Made by a program: the position numbers and the translations under genes
Assembly (NCBI RefSeq): GCF_001194135.2
Contig: NC_069000.1
Span: 15,825,833-15,889,832, forward strand
DNA from: Octopus bimaculoides
Lineage: Eukaryota
Length of the DNA stretch: 64,000 nucleotides
Reading direction: 5' to 3'
Shown here: in pieces, positions 24,400 through 36,167 of the stretch
How the letters are laid out: each line of letters opens with the position of its first letter
Position numbering within the stretch: position 1 is the first letter of the stretch
Notes under the pieces: model-generated
What the model saw: only the letters and a program-made list of their open reading frames with translations
Told to the model about the DNA's origin: nothing
Database searches by the model: none

Positions 24400-25560
24400 A
24401 CAAAAAGGCCTCTGGCGAGAGAGTGAAAGCAGCAGGACAGGTAAAGGATATTGCTGGATCTCTACACAGTCGGCGACCATTGGGTGATGGCCGTTCCAGC
24501 ACAGAACTTGTGAGTAACTGTACTGTCCGTGACCTCCAGTGGTGACAAAGCAGGTCTATTTAGAAACAGCGCTGCTTTCCTCAACAGCGGGAGGGGCGAG
24601 AAAAGGAGCCCTAAAACATTGCCTACTCACCTTAAACTTGGCAGCCCGCTGCAGTTGTCTGGTTATTCAGTAACACAGTCGAAACATGAAGTAATCTAAG
24701 AATATTAATCTTGGCTCTTGGAATGCACAAACAGCACTGGTTGCCCTTGAACTAAAGAAATACATCATTGACATAGCTGCACTCAGTGAAACTCGCCTTG
24801 CAGGATCATCAGAGTCAGAAGAAAGTGAAGGTGGATACATATGTTTCTGGTGTGGAAAAAATGAGGACGACTGATCTTGCCATCATGACAGAAATAGCTA
24901 GATCCCTTCTTTCTCTACCCGAAGGTATTTCTAATCGCATCAAGACACTAACGTTGGAAATTGGTCACAATACTCGTGGTACGTTTGTCAATTGTTGTGT
25001 TCCAACTATGGCCACCAACTCCGCGATGTCATCTCCAGTTGTAACCATAGGTATAAATTTATCCTTATAGGCGACTTTAACGCTCGTGTTGGTACTGATT
25101 GTCAGGCTTGGGAGAGTGTGCTTGGCCGCCATAGTGTAGGTTGAATGAACTCCAGCGGTCTGCATGTGCTCTCCATCTGCGAGGAATTCAGTCTAAGCAT
25201 CACAAATACCTTTTTTTCAACAGCGAAATTGTTGCAAGACGATCTGGATGCATCCTAGATCTAAGGATTGGTATCTCATAGACTATGTTATCACTAAGAA
25301 GCGAGATATTAGGGACGTTAACATTACACGTTCCTTTCATAACACCTGCTATCTCTCTCACCATTCTCTTCTCCGTAGTAAGGCTACGTTGCATCTGAAA
25401 CACACAAGACTACAAAAGGCGTCAGTGCCTAAGCGCATTAACGTTCTGCCTTTGAAAACTGCTGAAAAGCAAGCGGAATTCTCTATCAAGTTGGACACTG
25501 TACTCAACACTGTTGATATTAGTGATGATATAAAGTCATCTTGGAAGGCTTGTGTGAAGT
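24400..25560 (+). mobile_element. Decayed RTE-clade LINE, 5' UTR and APE endonuclease region
   Basis: LGSWNAQT..ELKKYIIDIAALSETRLAG, GDFNARVG, and MHPRSKDWYLIDYVITKKRDIRDVNITRS. Frameshifted. Confidence 0.85.
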
Positions 25561-25779
25561 AGGGGGAAAAGAAAGCATTCACACGAGACACTGTGGTTTC
25601 TGTTACACGAGGTTAAATGGTTCACAGTTAACTGCTTACTCCAAACTTCTGATAGTTCTTTATTTTATAGTAATATGTCAGTCCACTTCTAGTCACTTGG
25701 AGATGGTCGGAATCCTTCCACAAATGTGGCCTAAACAAAGCTCGCCTCCAGCGCATCCTGTTGGCAAGCTACAGTCAAC

Positions 25780-26440
25780 GAGCATCTTTTCATGTGGTCG
25801 AACAACCTCAAGGAAGTAAAGGTACGCATCCATATGCAAGGGTATAAAAGGATTGAAAATTGCATGCTGGAATGTCAGGACCATACTAAACACAGCCGAC
25901 AACAGCCGTCCAGTACGTTGCTCTAATTTAATTACACATGAACTGGTAAGACTGTATGTTGACATCACAGTTCTCAACAAAGTCCAATATCCAGAAGGCA
26001 GAATACAAGAGCATGACGCCGGATGCATTCTCTACTAGTCAAATAAACCAGTAGCGGAAAGATGCTTTTCAGGTTTTCAGGCGTGGACTTCTTGATCAGA
26101 AATTCTATCATTTCCAAGCTTGAAAACCTACCAACAGATCGTTCTGACTGCATCACCACTGTGTACCTCCTACGGAGTAATCAACAATATGCCACACTCT
26201 TCAGTGTGTATTCCCCAAATTTTCAAGTAGATCCAGCAGAAAAAGACAAGTTTTACTCTGAACTGCACAGTCTTCTACAAGGCAGCCCTGCAGACGACAA
26301 GGTCATGATCGTTGGTGATTTCAATGCCAGAGTTGGCCAAGTTCTGTAGCTTGGAAAGAAGTACTTGGAAGACATGGTGTTGGTAACCTGAATGACAACT
26401 GGTATTTGTTGTTGTAGTTCTGCACAGATTTTCAACTCAT
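25780..26440 (+). mobile_element. Second decayed RTE-clade LINE endonuclease fragment, truncated by the Gypsy LTR
   Basis: MKIACWNVRTILNTADNSRPVR...ATLFSVYSPNFQVDPAEKDKFYSELHSLL...MIVGDFNARVG. Confidence 0.85.
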
Positions 26441-27770
26441 TGTAGTGAGACCAGTTTGTATTATTGCATATTTAAGAACATTAAGTTTGGTCTATATAAG
26501 CTCACCACACTAATTTGTTGTGGTTGGTTAAAATACCTATCATATGGGTTATTTGACATTTATTGAGCCATGTGTTGTGATTAGTTGAGTGTTGCGCAGG
26601 AATTGGATCGAAGGTCCAATCACGTTGCGCATAATATATTTCAAATGGCTAACCATGTATATGTTCCTATTCGTTACTTCAAAGGAGCAGACGATAAGTG
26701 ACTTTGGTCAGTGTAGAGGGAGAGTACGTAGTTGATGGTTTAGATAGTCATGGTCTTTACTTGTCTTACTAACTATACTGCTACACCAGAGTGGGCATTA
26801 TAACAATCTGACTTTGAGGATTACAACAATGGCAATGAGGGTTATAAGGAATTAACAAACTCAAGTTGTATTTTTTTGTGCAAATTTTATGGAAGAAAAA
26901 AAAGGTAAAATTAGGGAAAATTTGTTGGCTGGTTTGCTTGAGTTGAAAAAACAGCAACAACAACTGAAAGAACAAAACAGCAGCAGCTACAACTTCAAGA
27001 ACAACAGCAGAAGCAACGACAATTACTATTACAGCAACAAATGCTGCAATTAAGGGAGAGTAAGTCATCAGGAAATGCTGAGAAAATGTCCTTGCTAGAT
27101 TATATTGCAAACTCGATAACAGAGTTTAAGTATGAACCAGATGAAGGGGTTACCTTTGAGGCGTACTATAGAACAGGGGTTTTCAAACTGTGGTCCGCAA
27201 GGACAAGACAGGGGGTCCGTAGACAGCAAATACTTTTTATGGGCAATTTGATTTTATATATGTTTTTTTTAATCGAAATCTTTTAATTGACAATAAACCT
27301 ATTTGTTAAATACTGTTAAATAAATAAATGTAAAAATATATGTTATTTTAAGCAAATATTTATGTATAAATTTCATAAGCGCTTATAAGGGGGTCCCTAA
27401 GGTAAAGCCTGAAATATAAAGGGGCCCGCAAGTCAAAAAGTTTGAAAACCCCTGCTATAGAAGATACAAACAAATCTTCAATAAAAAGAGCAAAGATTGG
27501 GATGATGATATGAAAATATGTTTAATCTTGAGAAAACTGGCAGCAGGAGAACATGAACATTACAGCAATTATGCTCCTGAAAAAACCTTCTGACATAAAC
27601 TTTAAAAGATACAATAATCATATTGTGTAAAATTTTTATTGAGGGAAGCTTATTGTTCAATATACATTGGAAATGTTTGTGCCTAGAAAAGAACAACAAG
27701 GATGACTACATCACATATGCTTGCAGAGTTAACAGGGAATATGAAAAGTTCACATGTATAAATATATAAA
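26441..27770 (+). mobile_element. Decayed Ty3/Gypsy LTR retrotransposon 5' end (LTR, PBS-like site, gag fragment)
   Basis: tgtag...caaca followed by PBS-like tggcaatgagg. Gag-like MSLLDYIANSITEFKYEPDEGVTFEAYYR resumes after the MITE as RYKQIFNKKSKDWDDDMKICLIL...DYITYACRVNREYEKF. Confidence 0.7.
27174..27454. mobile_element. hAT-type MITE (281 bp) inserted in a Gypsy gag remnant
   Basis: TIRs CAGGGGTTTTCAAACT / AGTTTGAAAACCCCTG. Perfect 8-bp TSD ctatagaa. Confidence 0.9.
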
Positions 27771-27899
27771 TTTCTACCAGATCAGTTACCCAGGCAGAGT
27801 CAGTCAATCCCATTGTTCTGTCGAACATGTCCAGCCTATCCTTTCTCAACCAGTACTTTCCTTCAAATTTAATAACTGACTTTCTAGCAGCTAATATTA

Positions 27900-28290
27900 C
27901 ATATACTTCTTCTTGAATTAGCTCAGAGTTTTCATTGAATATTTAAATGCTTTGTTGAGGAGGATGGAGTTAACAGAGGCATAGAAGCTGGATATATCCA
28001 ACTGTATGAATTTAATTTTCTTTGCTATAATACTGTCAAACCAATCGATTACCTCATACGAACTGGACCAGAGATTTAGTTTTATCATGTTCCTAAGTGT
28101 AGGTATATATTTATCAATAATGTGTTTGCTTATTCTACCTAAGTCAAACTTCGAAGGGCATATTAGCCTAATAGATGGGTTAGTGTTAACTAACAAAAAA
28201 CTAACTCCACTCAGTTCTTTGAGACTGGTCAAAGCTTCTTGAGACCCCGAAGAAGCTGAACTGATAATAGTGACAGGTTGCATCTGCAAC
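27900..28290 (-). mobile_element. Penelope-like retroelement reverse-transcriptase fragment
   Basis: SIRLICPSKFDLGRISKHIIDK...LNLWSSSYEVIDWFDSI..KIKFIQLDISSFYASV resembles the PLE RT RLINP.KSELG.ISK...W.....F...D...FYPSI. Confidence 0.75.
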
Positions 28291-29639
28291 TGTTAGTAGT
28301 CCAGGCAGTAGAAACATGTGTAGGTTATTGTGATATGTTGTATAAAATTGTAAAATAAGAGAAAATAAATTTTGAGGATGAACAAGTCTCCATACTCTTT
28401 ATAATTATTGCACCAGCATGACCGCAGCCACTTGGCTGAAACACATACATAAATACATAAATACATAAATAAATATATATATATATATATAATTTTAGAG
28501 AAAAGAACCAAAGTTCATGAACTCATCCATGAAAATCCACAGTCACATATAGAAAACATTAATAAATGCACGATAAATAAGTATAATAAAATACAAAGTA
28601 AAAATCATAAAATAATGATAATAAAACGACTACACGTGTTTCATAACCAAGTTTTCAAATAGAAAATAAAATATATTCAAATCGATTAAATCGATCGAAA
28701 ATCAATTCTGTTCAAAAATATAGCTAATCTTGAGGTCAAAATAAAACAATTATAATAATAAAAGGAATGTATATATCAACCAACAATAAATAACAAATGA
28801 ATGTATATAAAAATACTTATTACATTAAGACAGAAAATGTTAAACAATAATATTAAAAAGAAATTTAATACTGATCATATCAAAATTTATAAACGTGACA
28901 TTATTAATTTTACGTTTATTAGAATATAAACTAACAGAAATATTAAATGCAAATCTTATCTTAACGAATTTTTCATTTAAAATACAATTTAAACGAAGTT
29001 TAGGTTAAACTAAAATTATAAACGTAAAATAAATAACTTTAATTTTAATATAAATTAACAAAAAATTAACTTATATAAATTAATTTATATAAAAATAATT
29101 ATATCACCATTAAATAAAAGAAAAAAAAAAAGAAAATACCTTTAACAAAATTATTGAAAAGAAATACAAAATTTATCTAATCGAATCTTTAGTTTGAATA
29201 AAATTTTATATGTTGTACTATTAACTTAACCTTAATTATAATATTAACTAATAATCAAAGAAATTATATAAAAAAAACTACTTATTTATCCCATAAATCA
29301 AAAAGAAATATTAAACATTATTGGAGAAAATGCAACACTAATTTAATCGAAGTTTTGGTTTAAACTAAAATGATAAACTTTATACTATTAACTTAGTTTT
29401 AAATAAGGTATCGGCTAACATTAAAATATCCATTGAATTAATATAAAAATACATATTTTTCCAATCAATGATAGAAAATCATTTAACAATATTAACGAAG
29501 ATAAAAGCAATACTTATCTCAATGATGCTAGAGTTTAAACTAAAAATTATAGATGTTAAACTAATAACTAAGTGTTTATTAGAGACATAAACACATACAC
29601 ACACATGTATATATACTCACATATATATATATATATACA

Positions 29640-29772
29640 TACTTGTGTATATAAGATTGACCAGTGACCGGTCTGTCAAAATGCTAGAAGAAGCTCACTT
29701 AAAAATTTTTTAAGTGAGCTTCTTCTAGCATTTTGACAGACTGATCACTGGTCAATGTTATATACACAAGTA
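29640..29772. repeat. 133-bp near-perfect palindrome
   Basis: 66-bp arms centred on 29706, with three non-Watson-Crick pairs. Confidence 0.95.
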
Positions 29773-29998
29773 CTATAATCTTTTTAGGATGTCCAAAAAA
29801 TTTTTTTCAAGAGCCTTCTGATTCTTTTAATGTGCTAGTTTCCTGGTATTAAATTGATATTAATTAATATCGAATTTTTACCATATTATGTTAATTATAT
29901 ACATATGTAGATACTTATACAAAAACATGTTTGTTAATTCTGTTAATTGACAAGGTAGAAAGTGGGTGGAAAAGCTGAGAGATGAAGCAAGGAGCTGA

Positions 29999-30201
29999 TC
30001 AATGTATGATAATCTTTTTCATAATATGTTTCCTACACATATGACAGTCATCAAGTACTTCACCACATTTTTTACAAGTGGTATGGCCACAATCAAAGAC
30101 CATATCCCGACGACGCTCCATACATATTAGGCACATTTCATCACTGAGTTGTTTGTTGTTGAACTCCTGAGGTGAATTTACGGTTTTAAATTCAGACCCA
30201 T
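29999..30201 (-). CDS. MIB2-like ankyrin/RING E3 ligase, last exon (C-terminal RING-HC finger)
   Basis: tttcag|AT GGG... DGSEFKTVNSPQEFNNKQLSDEMCLICMERRRDMVFDCGHTTCKKCGEVLDDCHMCRKHIMKKIIIH*. This is a typical Mind bomb terminal RING. TGA at 30001-29999. Confidence 0.92.
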
Positions 30202-31562
30202 CTGAAATGATAAATATACAAATTTTACATTATGATATTAATCAGAGGCACATCTAAAGTAATAAATATTCTATTATAACACGGTATAATATTAATTTGT
30301 AACCCATCTGAATTGATAAATAAACAATTTTATGCGAGTATATTTAGTTAAAAAATTAAGAAAATGGGTAATTTGAGAGAAAATTGCAGTTAAGAAATTC
30401 TCGTCTTCCTCATCACCATTTGACGTCCACTTTCCATGCTGGCATGGGTTGGACAGTTTGACATGGAGTTGGCTAGCAGGAAGCTGTCCGGATTCCAACT
30501 GTCTGTTGTGGCATGGTTTCTATGGCTGGAATCCCTTCCTCATACCAACCACACTTAAAAGAGTGTACTGGGTGCTTTTTACATGCCACCAGTATGGGTG
30601 CAAGTATACAGCACTAACACGGGTGCATTAACATGGCACTGGCACAGGGGCATTAACACAGCACTGGGCACAGGTGCTTTTAAGTAACACTGGCACCTAA
30701 AAGGACAAGCCTGTATGTGTGGGAGACAGCAATTTTGCTTAGCTTGACGTATCTCATCAAGTACAGCAAATCACCACATCTCCCAGTTCCTTGTCATTTT
30801 CTCAGTGAGGTCCAACATCCGAACATCCTTTCTCACCATTCTGTCCCACATCTTCCTGGGTCCACCCCTTCCACAAGTACCCTCCACAATTAGAGCTCAG
30901 CACTTCTTTATGCAGCTGTCCTCATCCATATGCATCACATAACCAAACCAGCACAGTCTTCTCTCTTGCACAGATTGCTTCTGGTTCAATTCTGCCAACT
31001 TTCAGATTTTAAGTAGTCTAAATTAAAGCTTTCTTCCATCAAAATTTCATCTTAATTTATATATAATTAATAACACTTACTACTCCAAGAACAAGGCCTG
31101 AAATTTTGTGGGACAGGGCTAATTGCTGAAGTGGTAAATAATTTATCAATCCTGAAAGGACGAAAGACAAAATTGACCTCAATGGAATTTGAACTCAGAA
31201 CATAAAAACAGAAGAAATGCCACTAAGCATTTTGTCCAGTGTGCTAAAGATTTTGCCAGCTTGCTGCCTTAAACATCAACTTAATAATGACAAAGTGATT
31301 TTACTAAATACTTCATTACTTTCAAAATTTACTGAAACAGAGGCATTGTATTTCAACAGAAGCGTTGTAACAAAAGGATTAAAAATGACATACATTATAC
31401 ATGTGAAATTCTGATAAGAACATAATCAACTAAGTTTATTACTCTTCCTGTTAGCAAAATCCAGAGAAATGATTGGATATGAAATATCCCACTTTGAATC
31501 AAAACAAATGCATCAATCAACATCATCTAATGAGACAGACAAACCATCAAATATCTACTTAC

Positions 31563-31711
31563 CAAACCTAGTTTTGCTAATCACAGTCTGTTTGCATCGA
31601 TTACATTTTTTAATCTCTATCTTAGAGCAACATTCTTCACATACTATCCTATGTCTGCAGGGGTGGAATTTTATAGAGACCAGATTATCTCCACATATAA
31701 AACACTCATAC
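31563..31711 (-). CDS. MIB2-like ankyrin/RING E3 ligase exon (first RING-HC finger)
   Basis: tttacag|...|gtaagt, phase 2-1. YECFICGDNLVSIKFHPCRHRIVCEECCSKIEIKKCNRCKQTVISKTRF shows a C3HC4 pattern. Confidence 0.9.
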
Positions 31712-32279
31712 CTGTAAAAGAAACACACATAGACTCACCAATAAAATCATCTGACAAATATTTCATTAAATGTAAATGTAGAAAGAATATTTTTTATAAT
31801 GTTAGCATTATGCTATCATTTGAAGAGAAAATTTTTTAATATTATTAACCCTTTGGAGACATAGCTATCTGATGCACATTTTAAAACAAGACAGAATTAT
31901 AAGATACAAAAACAATATCTGAATCTAATAAACCCAGAAAAATGTATATATTCTCAAATATATTGGTTCCTTTTCTTTACAGTGCAAAACAACAGATTGA
32001 CAGATCAGCCTAGTAATGGTGTTAAGAAATATTTTCTTTCAAAACACACATGCACACATGTTCACACAGAGTTAATTATCCATGTGCAACTAAAAATAAA
32101 ACATGGAGATCATATGAATATGAAGAGATTCTACAGTAATAATCCATTAAAATAATGAAACAGCTTGATCACTTAATAATCCTAGCTTAAACCCGGGCAA
32201 CGCTGGGCTATACTGCTAGTAAAATATAAATTACAAAGCAACTTGTTTGTGTATTTAGCAATCATTAGGGAATACTTAC

Positions 32280-32446
32280 AATTTTGCAAGATATAGTTCC
32301 AGTCTGTTTTTCAAATCCGAATTGTTAATGATGTCAAGTGGTGTGGTGTTGTTTTTGTTTTTATGATAGAAGTTTGCTCCTTGTTTTGCCAGATATACAG
32401 CTACAACTATACTGGATAATCTGTTTTCTTTGAGCTGATAGGAAAT
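32280..32446 (-). CDS. MIB2-like ankyrin/RING E3 ligase exon (last ankyrin-like repeat)
   Basis: tttatag|...|gtaagt, phase 0-2. ISYQLKENRLSSIVVAVYLAKQGANFYHKNKNNTTPLDIINNSDLKNRLELYLAK resembles the Mind bomb A.YLA..GA.....N....TPLD segment. An in-frame acceptor 12 nt downstream is also possible. Confidence 0.85.
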
Positions 32447-32459
32447 CTATAAATGATGA

Positions 32460-32845
32460 AATATATATTTATGTATACAAAGGAACAGCATGCTACCATG
32501 AAATTCTGTTTCCTGTTGGGGAAAACAGCAGCTGAATCGGTTATCATGTTTCAAACAGCTTACAAGGATGCTGCCTTGAGCAAAACACAAGTTTACAAGT
32601 GGTTTTCCCACTTTAGGAGTGGTCATTTGTTGCTTGAAGACCAACCCCATTCAGGGTGACCACAAACCTCTGAAATGAATGGAAACATCACAAAAATTCA
32701 TGAACTGATCTTGGAGGACCATTACCAAACAATTGATGAACTTGATATGACTGGTGTATCCTGAAGCTACTGCCAACAAATTTTGAGCAAGGAATTGTGA
32801 ATGAAATGAGTTACAGCAAAATTTGTGCTTCACTTGCTCACTGTT
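32460..32845 (+). mobile_element. Mariner transposase N-terminal (HTH) remnant
   Basis: MKFCFLLGKTAAESVIMFQTAYKDAALSKTQVYKWFSHFRSG..LEDQPHSG ... AKFVLHLLT. Confidence 0.8.
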
Positions 32846-33577
32846 ATAAGATACAAATATTGAAAACAGATTTCCAAAAGATAATTTTGAGTAAAGTAAA
32901 CAGTTACAATATTACTGACAAATATAAAATGTCAGTATTGAAAACAAACATTAAATAATGATGATGGCAATGATGCCTGGATAGATTAGTGTTATATTGG
33001 CTATACATCATCATCATCATCATCATCGTTTAACGTCCGCTTTCCATGCTAGCATGGGTTGGACGATACAATTTAACTAAAACACATTTATACAACTGCC
33101 TTGATAAAATCAACTACCATAACAAGGGAAATAGTTAAGGAACTGTATTGTATATGAAATACAACAAAATGATGACAAAAGATTACTAAAAGAGAATACA
33201 TTCAAAACTAAATACCCATAACATACGAACTTCCCCCAAGTTCCAGGTCTTCCCACTCAACCTTTGTTCAGTGAAGTTGTTTAGATCTAAACTTGATTGG
33301 TGGCGTTACTTACTCTCCTATAATGTTGCTACAAATTTTGATGTAAACGTTTTCTACTGGATCAAATCTCAATATTTTTATGTAAAATATAGCTAGGGAC
33401 CAGTCCTCTTCAAAAATGTTAGCAGTTTTCCATTTGGTTAAGAACTGAATTAGCGGCAAGCTCTGAAAGATGCTGCATGAGAGTAAATTGCGGCCTTAAG
33501 AATATTATTCAACTACTACTGTAGTTGAATGATATGTCTCACATAAAAAAAAAAATTAAAAAAATTCTGAAACTTAC

Positions 33578-33787
33578 CTCATCTAAAATTTCAAGATGTT
33601 CACTTTCAGAGTGAAACATTTTCTCCCTCAATGCAACATGCAAACAATTGTCACCATCTTTATTTATAGCGTCGACATCTGCTCCTTTTAATAATAACAT
33701 CTGAGTGATTCCAAGGTTACCCTTAGAAATGGCCTGGAGGAATGGTGTCTGATTATGAGTGTTACAAATATCAAATTTCACTTCAGC
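33578..33787 (-). CDS. MIB2-like ankyrin/RING E3 ligase exon (ankyrin repeats)
   Basis: cacaaag|...|gtaagt, 210 nt, phase 0-0. AEVKFDICNTHNQTPFLQAISKGNLGITQMLLLKGADVDAINKDGDNCLHVALREKMFHSESEHLEILDE. Confidence 0.9.
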
Positions 33788-34245
33788 CTTTGTGGAAATG
33801 AAAATAAAAAGTAAAAAATATCAATGTATCATGAGTGTTTTTACTGGATATTTGATCAGACTGTTACTGTGGATTTGATGTGGTCAATAAAACAAACCAT
33901 TCATAGGTTCCTCTGTAAGATGGTATGGATGTACATTAGAGACATGATAAATCTATGAAAATGACAAAAACAGGTTGTTTCAGGACAATCTACTTTTATC
34001 CCTTGCTATATACCTAACTCACAGTAAGTTATAGACTATTTGAGCTAGAAAGAACACTTAATTAACAGATGAAATCCATTGAAGAAGAATCATATGTCCA
34101 ATGTATACTTTTGATGTTGCTATATCACTAAATGGTCCATAAAATTGCTGTGTTGGTTAGAGTCAATGTTAAAATGATATCTACTTGGATGTTATATATT
34201 CGACTGTTTAATACATTTAATATATAAATTTGCGTGTTTAATATA

Positions 34246-35664
34246 CATTGAACCGCAAAAGAAATGCGAGACATGTGTAACTGTGAAATATGCTTTAATT
34301 TCATTATGTCAGAGATAAATTTTGATAAACCTGATAAAGTCAATTTCTTGGATGCACTTAGACCATAGACTATGGGTTGTTGTCATGTGTTCTGGTAGTG
34401 CGCGGTTCACAAAAGCCATTGGCACCTGTACCCACACCCTGAGGAAAGCTGCCTCCAGTTCTGCACGAGTTGTTGGCATTGGGAATACCTGGTTCAGCCA
34501 TCTCTGGATTTCATCTCACAGGTGTTCAACTGGGTTCAAATCTGGGCTGAGAGCTGACCTTGACATGGTTCAGATGTTGTAGTGATGTAGGAAGTCCATG
34601 GTGACCCTGACTGTGTGGGAGGGAGCATTGTCCTGCTGGAACACGTGGCTATGGTAACATGCAAAGAAGGGCATGATGTGAGGTCTTAGGATGTGGTCAA
34701 CGTAGTGCTGTGCTGTGATGCCATTCCCTCTGTCTGCACCAACATTTTGGAACAGTTCTCTGATTTAGGCCTATAGTACCCCAAACCATGATGTTTTGGC
34801 CACCCTGAATCTCCCTCCATGACACATGCATCTCTGCAGCATTCACTCCTCCTATACCACACCCTCACTCTGCCGTCCGAGGTGGAAATGCAGTATCAGC
34901 TCTCGTCAGAGAAGACTATCAACCTCCATTGTTGATGCCACCAATGTTGGTGCTGTGTAGCCCACTGTAGTTGTGCCTGATGGTGTCGGGCGGTGAGGAC
35001 AGGCCCTTGAGCAGGTTGACGGCAACACAGGTTGTTGGTAACCAGCCAACGTCATACCACGTCATTACTGATGGGTCGCTGTCAAGTGCCAATGGTCTTG
35101 CGAGCTGTCATGCTGGCCAGTCTGAAGAGATCATGGAGATGTTGCAGGTGGATGAAGCGGTTCTGCCTGGGTGTGTTCACCTGGGGGCGCCCTCTGCTGG
35201 CACGGTATGCAGTGCTATTGGTGTTGTATCGCTGTTGCAGGCAATAGATGGTACTGACATGAACATTGTAAGTTTTTGCAACAACTAGGGCACGCTGCCC
35301 TGCTTGCAATCAGCCCATAACTTGTTCTCTCTGTGCTGCTGACAATAGGGTCATACCTGATGCGTCCAAATTACGAATGCCAGGAACATGGTTCAAGTTG
35401 ATTTCTATACCCATAACCTTCACAAGATGCACGTGCATTTCGGTTTTCATGATAATTATTTGTGACTGCCACCCATGGCATTCAACATATCTGCGTTTTG
35501 GCATCTCATTTCAGGGATAGTTGAAAGGTTACCTGCAATTTGGGTCTCAGCCATAAAGCAGCATGTCTTGGAATATTTACACTTACATCCCAAGAAATAA
35601 ATTTTCAGAATCTTCTATATAAAAATGCAATTTTTTCAAATTTCATTTCTTTTGCAGTTCAGTG
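34246..35664 (-). mobile_element. Near full-length decayed Tc1 transposon (DD34E) in a MIB2-like gene intron
   Basis: TA|cattgaaccgcaaaagaaatg ... catttcttttgcagttcagtg|TA gives TIRs with a TA target duplication. Minus-strand HTH (AKTYNVHVSTIY..SRGRPQVNTPRQNRFI) and QQDNAPSHT...SPDLNPVEHL with 34 residues from D to E. In-frame stops are present. Confidence 0.9.
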
Positions 35665-36015
35665 TATAGGAGTGTTAATATATTTGATATATATTGCTGT
35701 GTTAATACATTTAAAAAAAGTGTGATTAATATTTCTGATATACACTAACACAAAATAATGTAATACATTTTCATTAATTTGAAAGAGATCTTGTATATGT
35801 GTTGTATCATGAGACCATTAACGATGGAACTGTTGACATGATTAGTATTTTGACTGGCTATTGTCGCCACCACCAACACACTCAACATGACTGCTATCAT
35901 CATCATCATCATCATCAGTGTCATGATCATCATATTCCTCTAAAGACACAAGACTTAACATTTTAGTAGGTGGTGTATAGTCAATGAAATCAACCCCAGT
36001 ATTTCACTGGTACTC

Positions 36016-36067
<52 letters not shown>

Positions 36068-36130
36068 AATATTAAACAGAATGATGAGATCAATAGAATA
36101 CTACACTGTGAAAAATATATGTTAACTAAC

Positions 36131-36167
36131 CTGGGAGAGTATCAGTTTCACCACATCATAGTGTTGC
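36131..36167 (-). CDS. MIB2-like ankyrin/RING E3 ligase, 37-nt mini-exon
   Basis: tttcag|G CAA CAC TAT GAT GTG GTG AAA CTG ATA CTC TCC CAG|gttagt. Phase 2-0 bridges the flanking exons exactly and completes an ankyrin repeat (LHCAVLQ-QHYDVVKLILSQ). Confidence 0.85.

Noticed and set aside
28620-28660. Possible Penelope-associated hammerhead (gaaacacgtgtag on the minus strand)
   Set aside because: There is no CUGANGA box at the required position.
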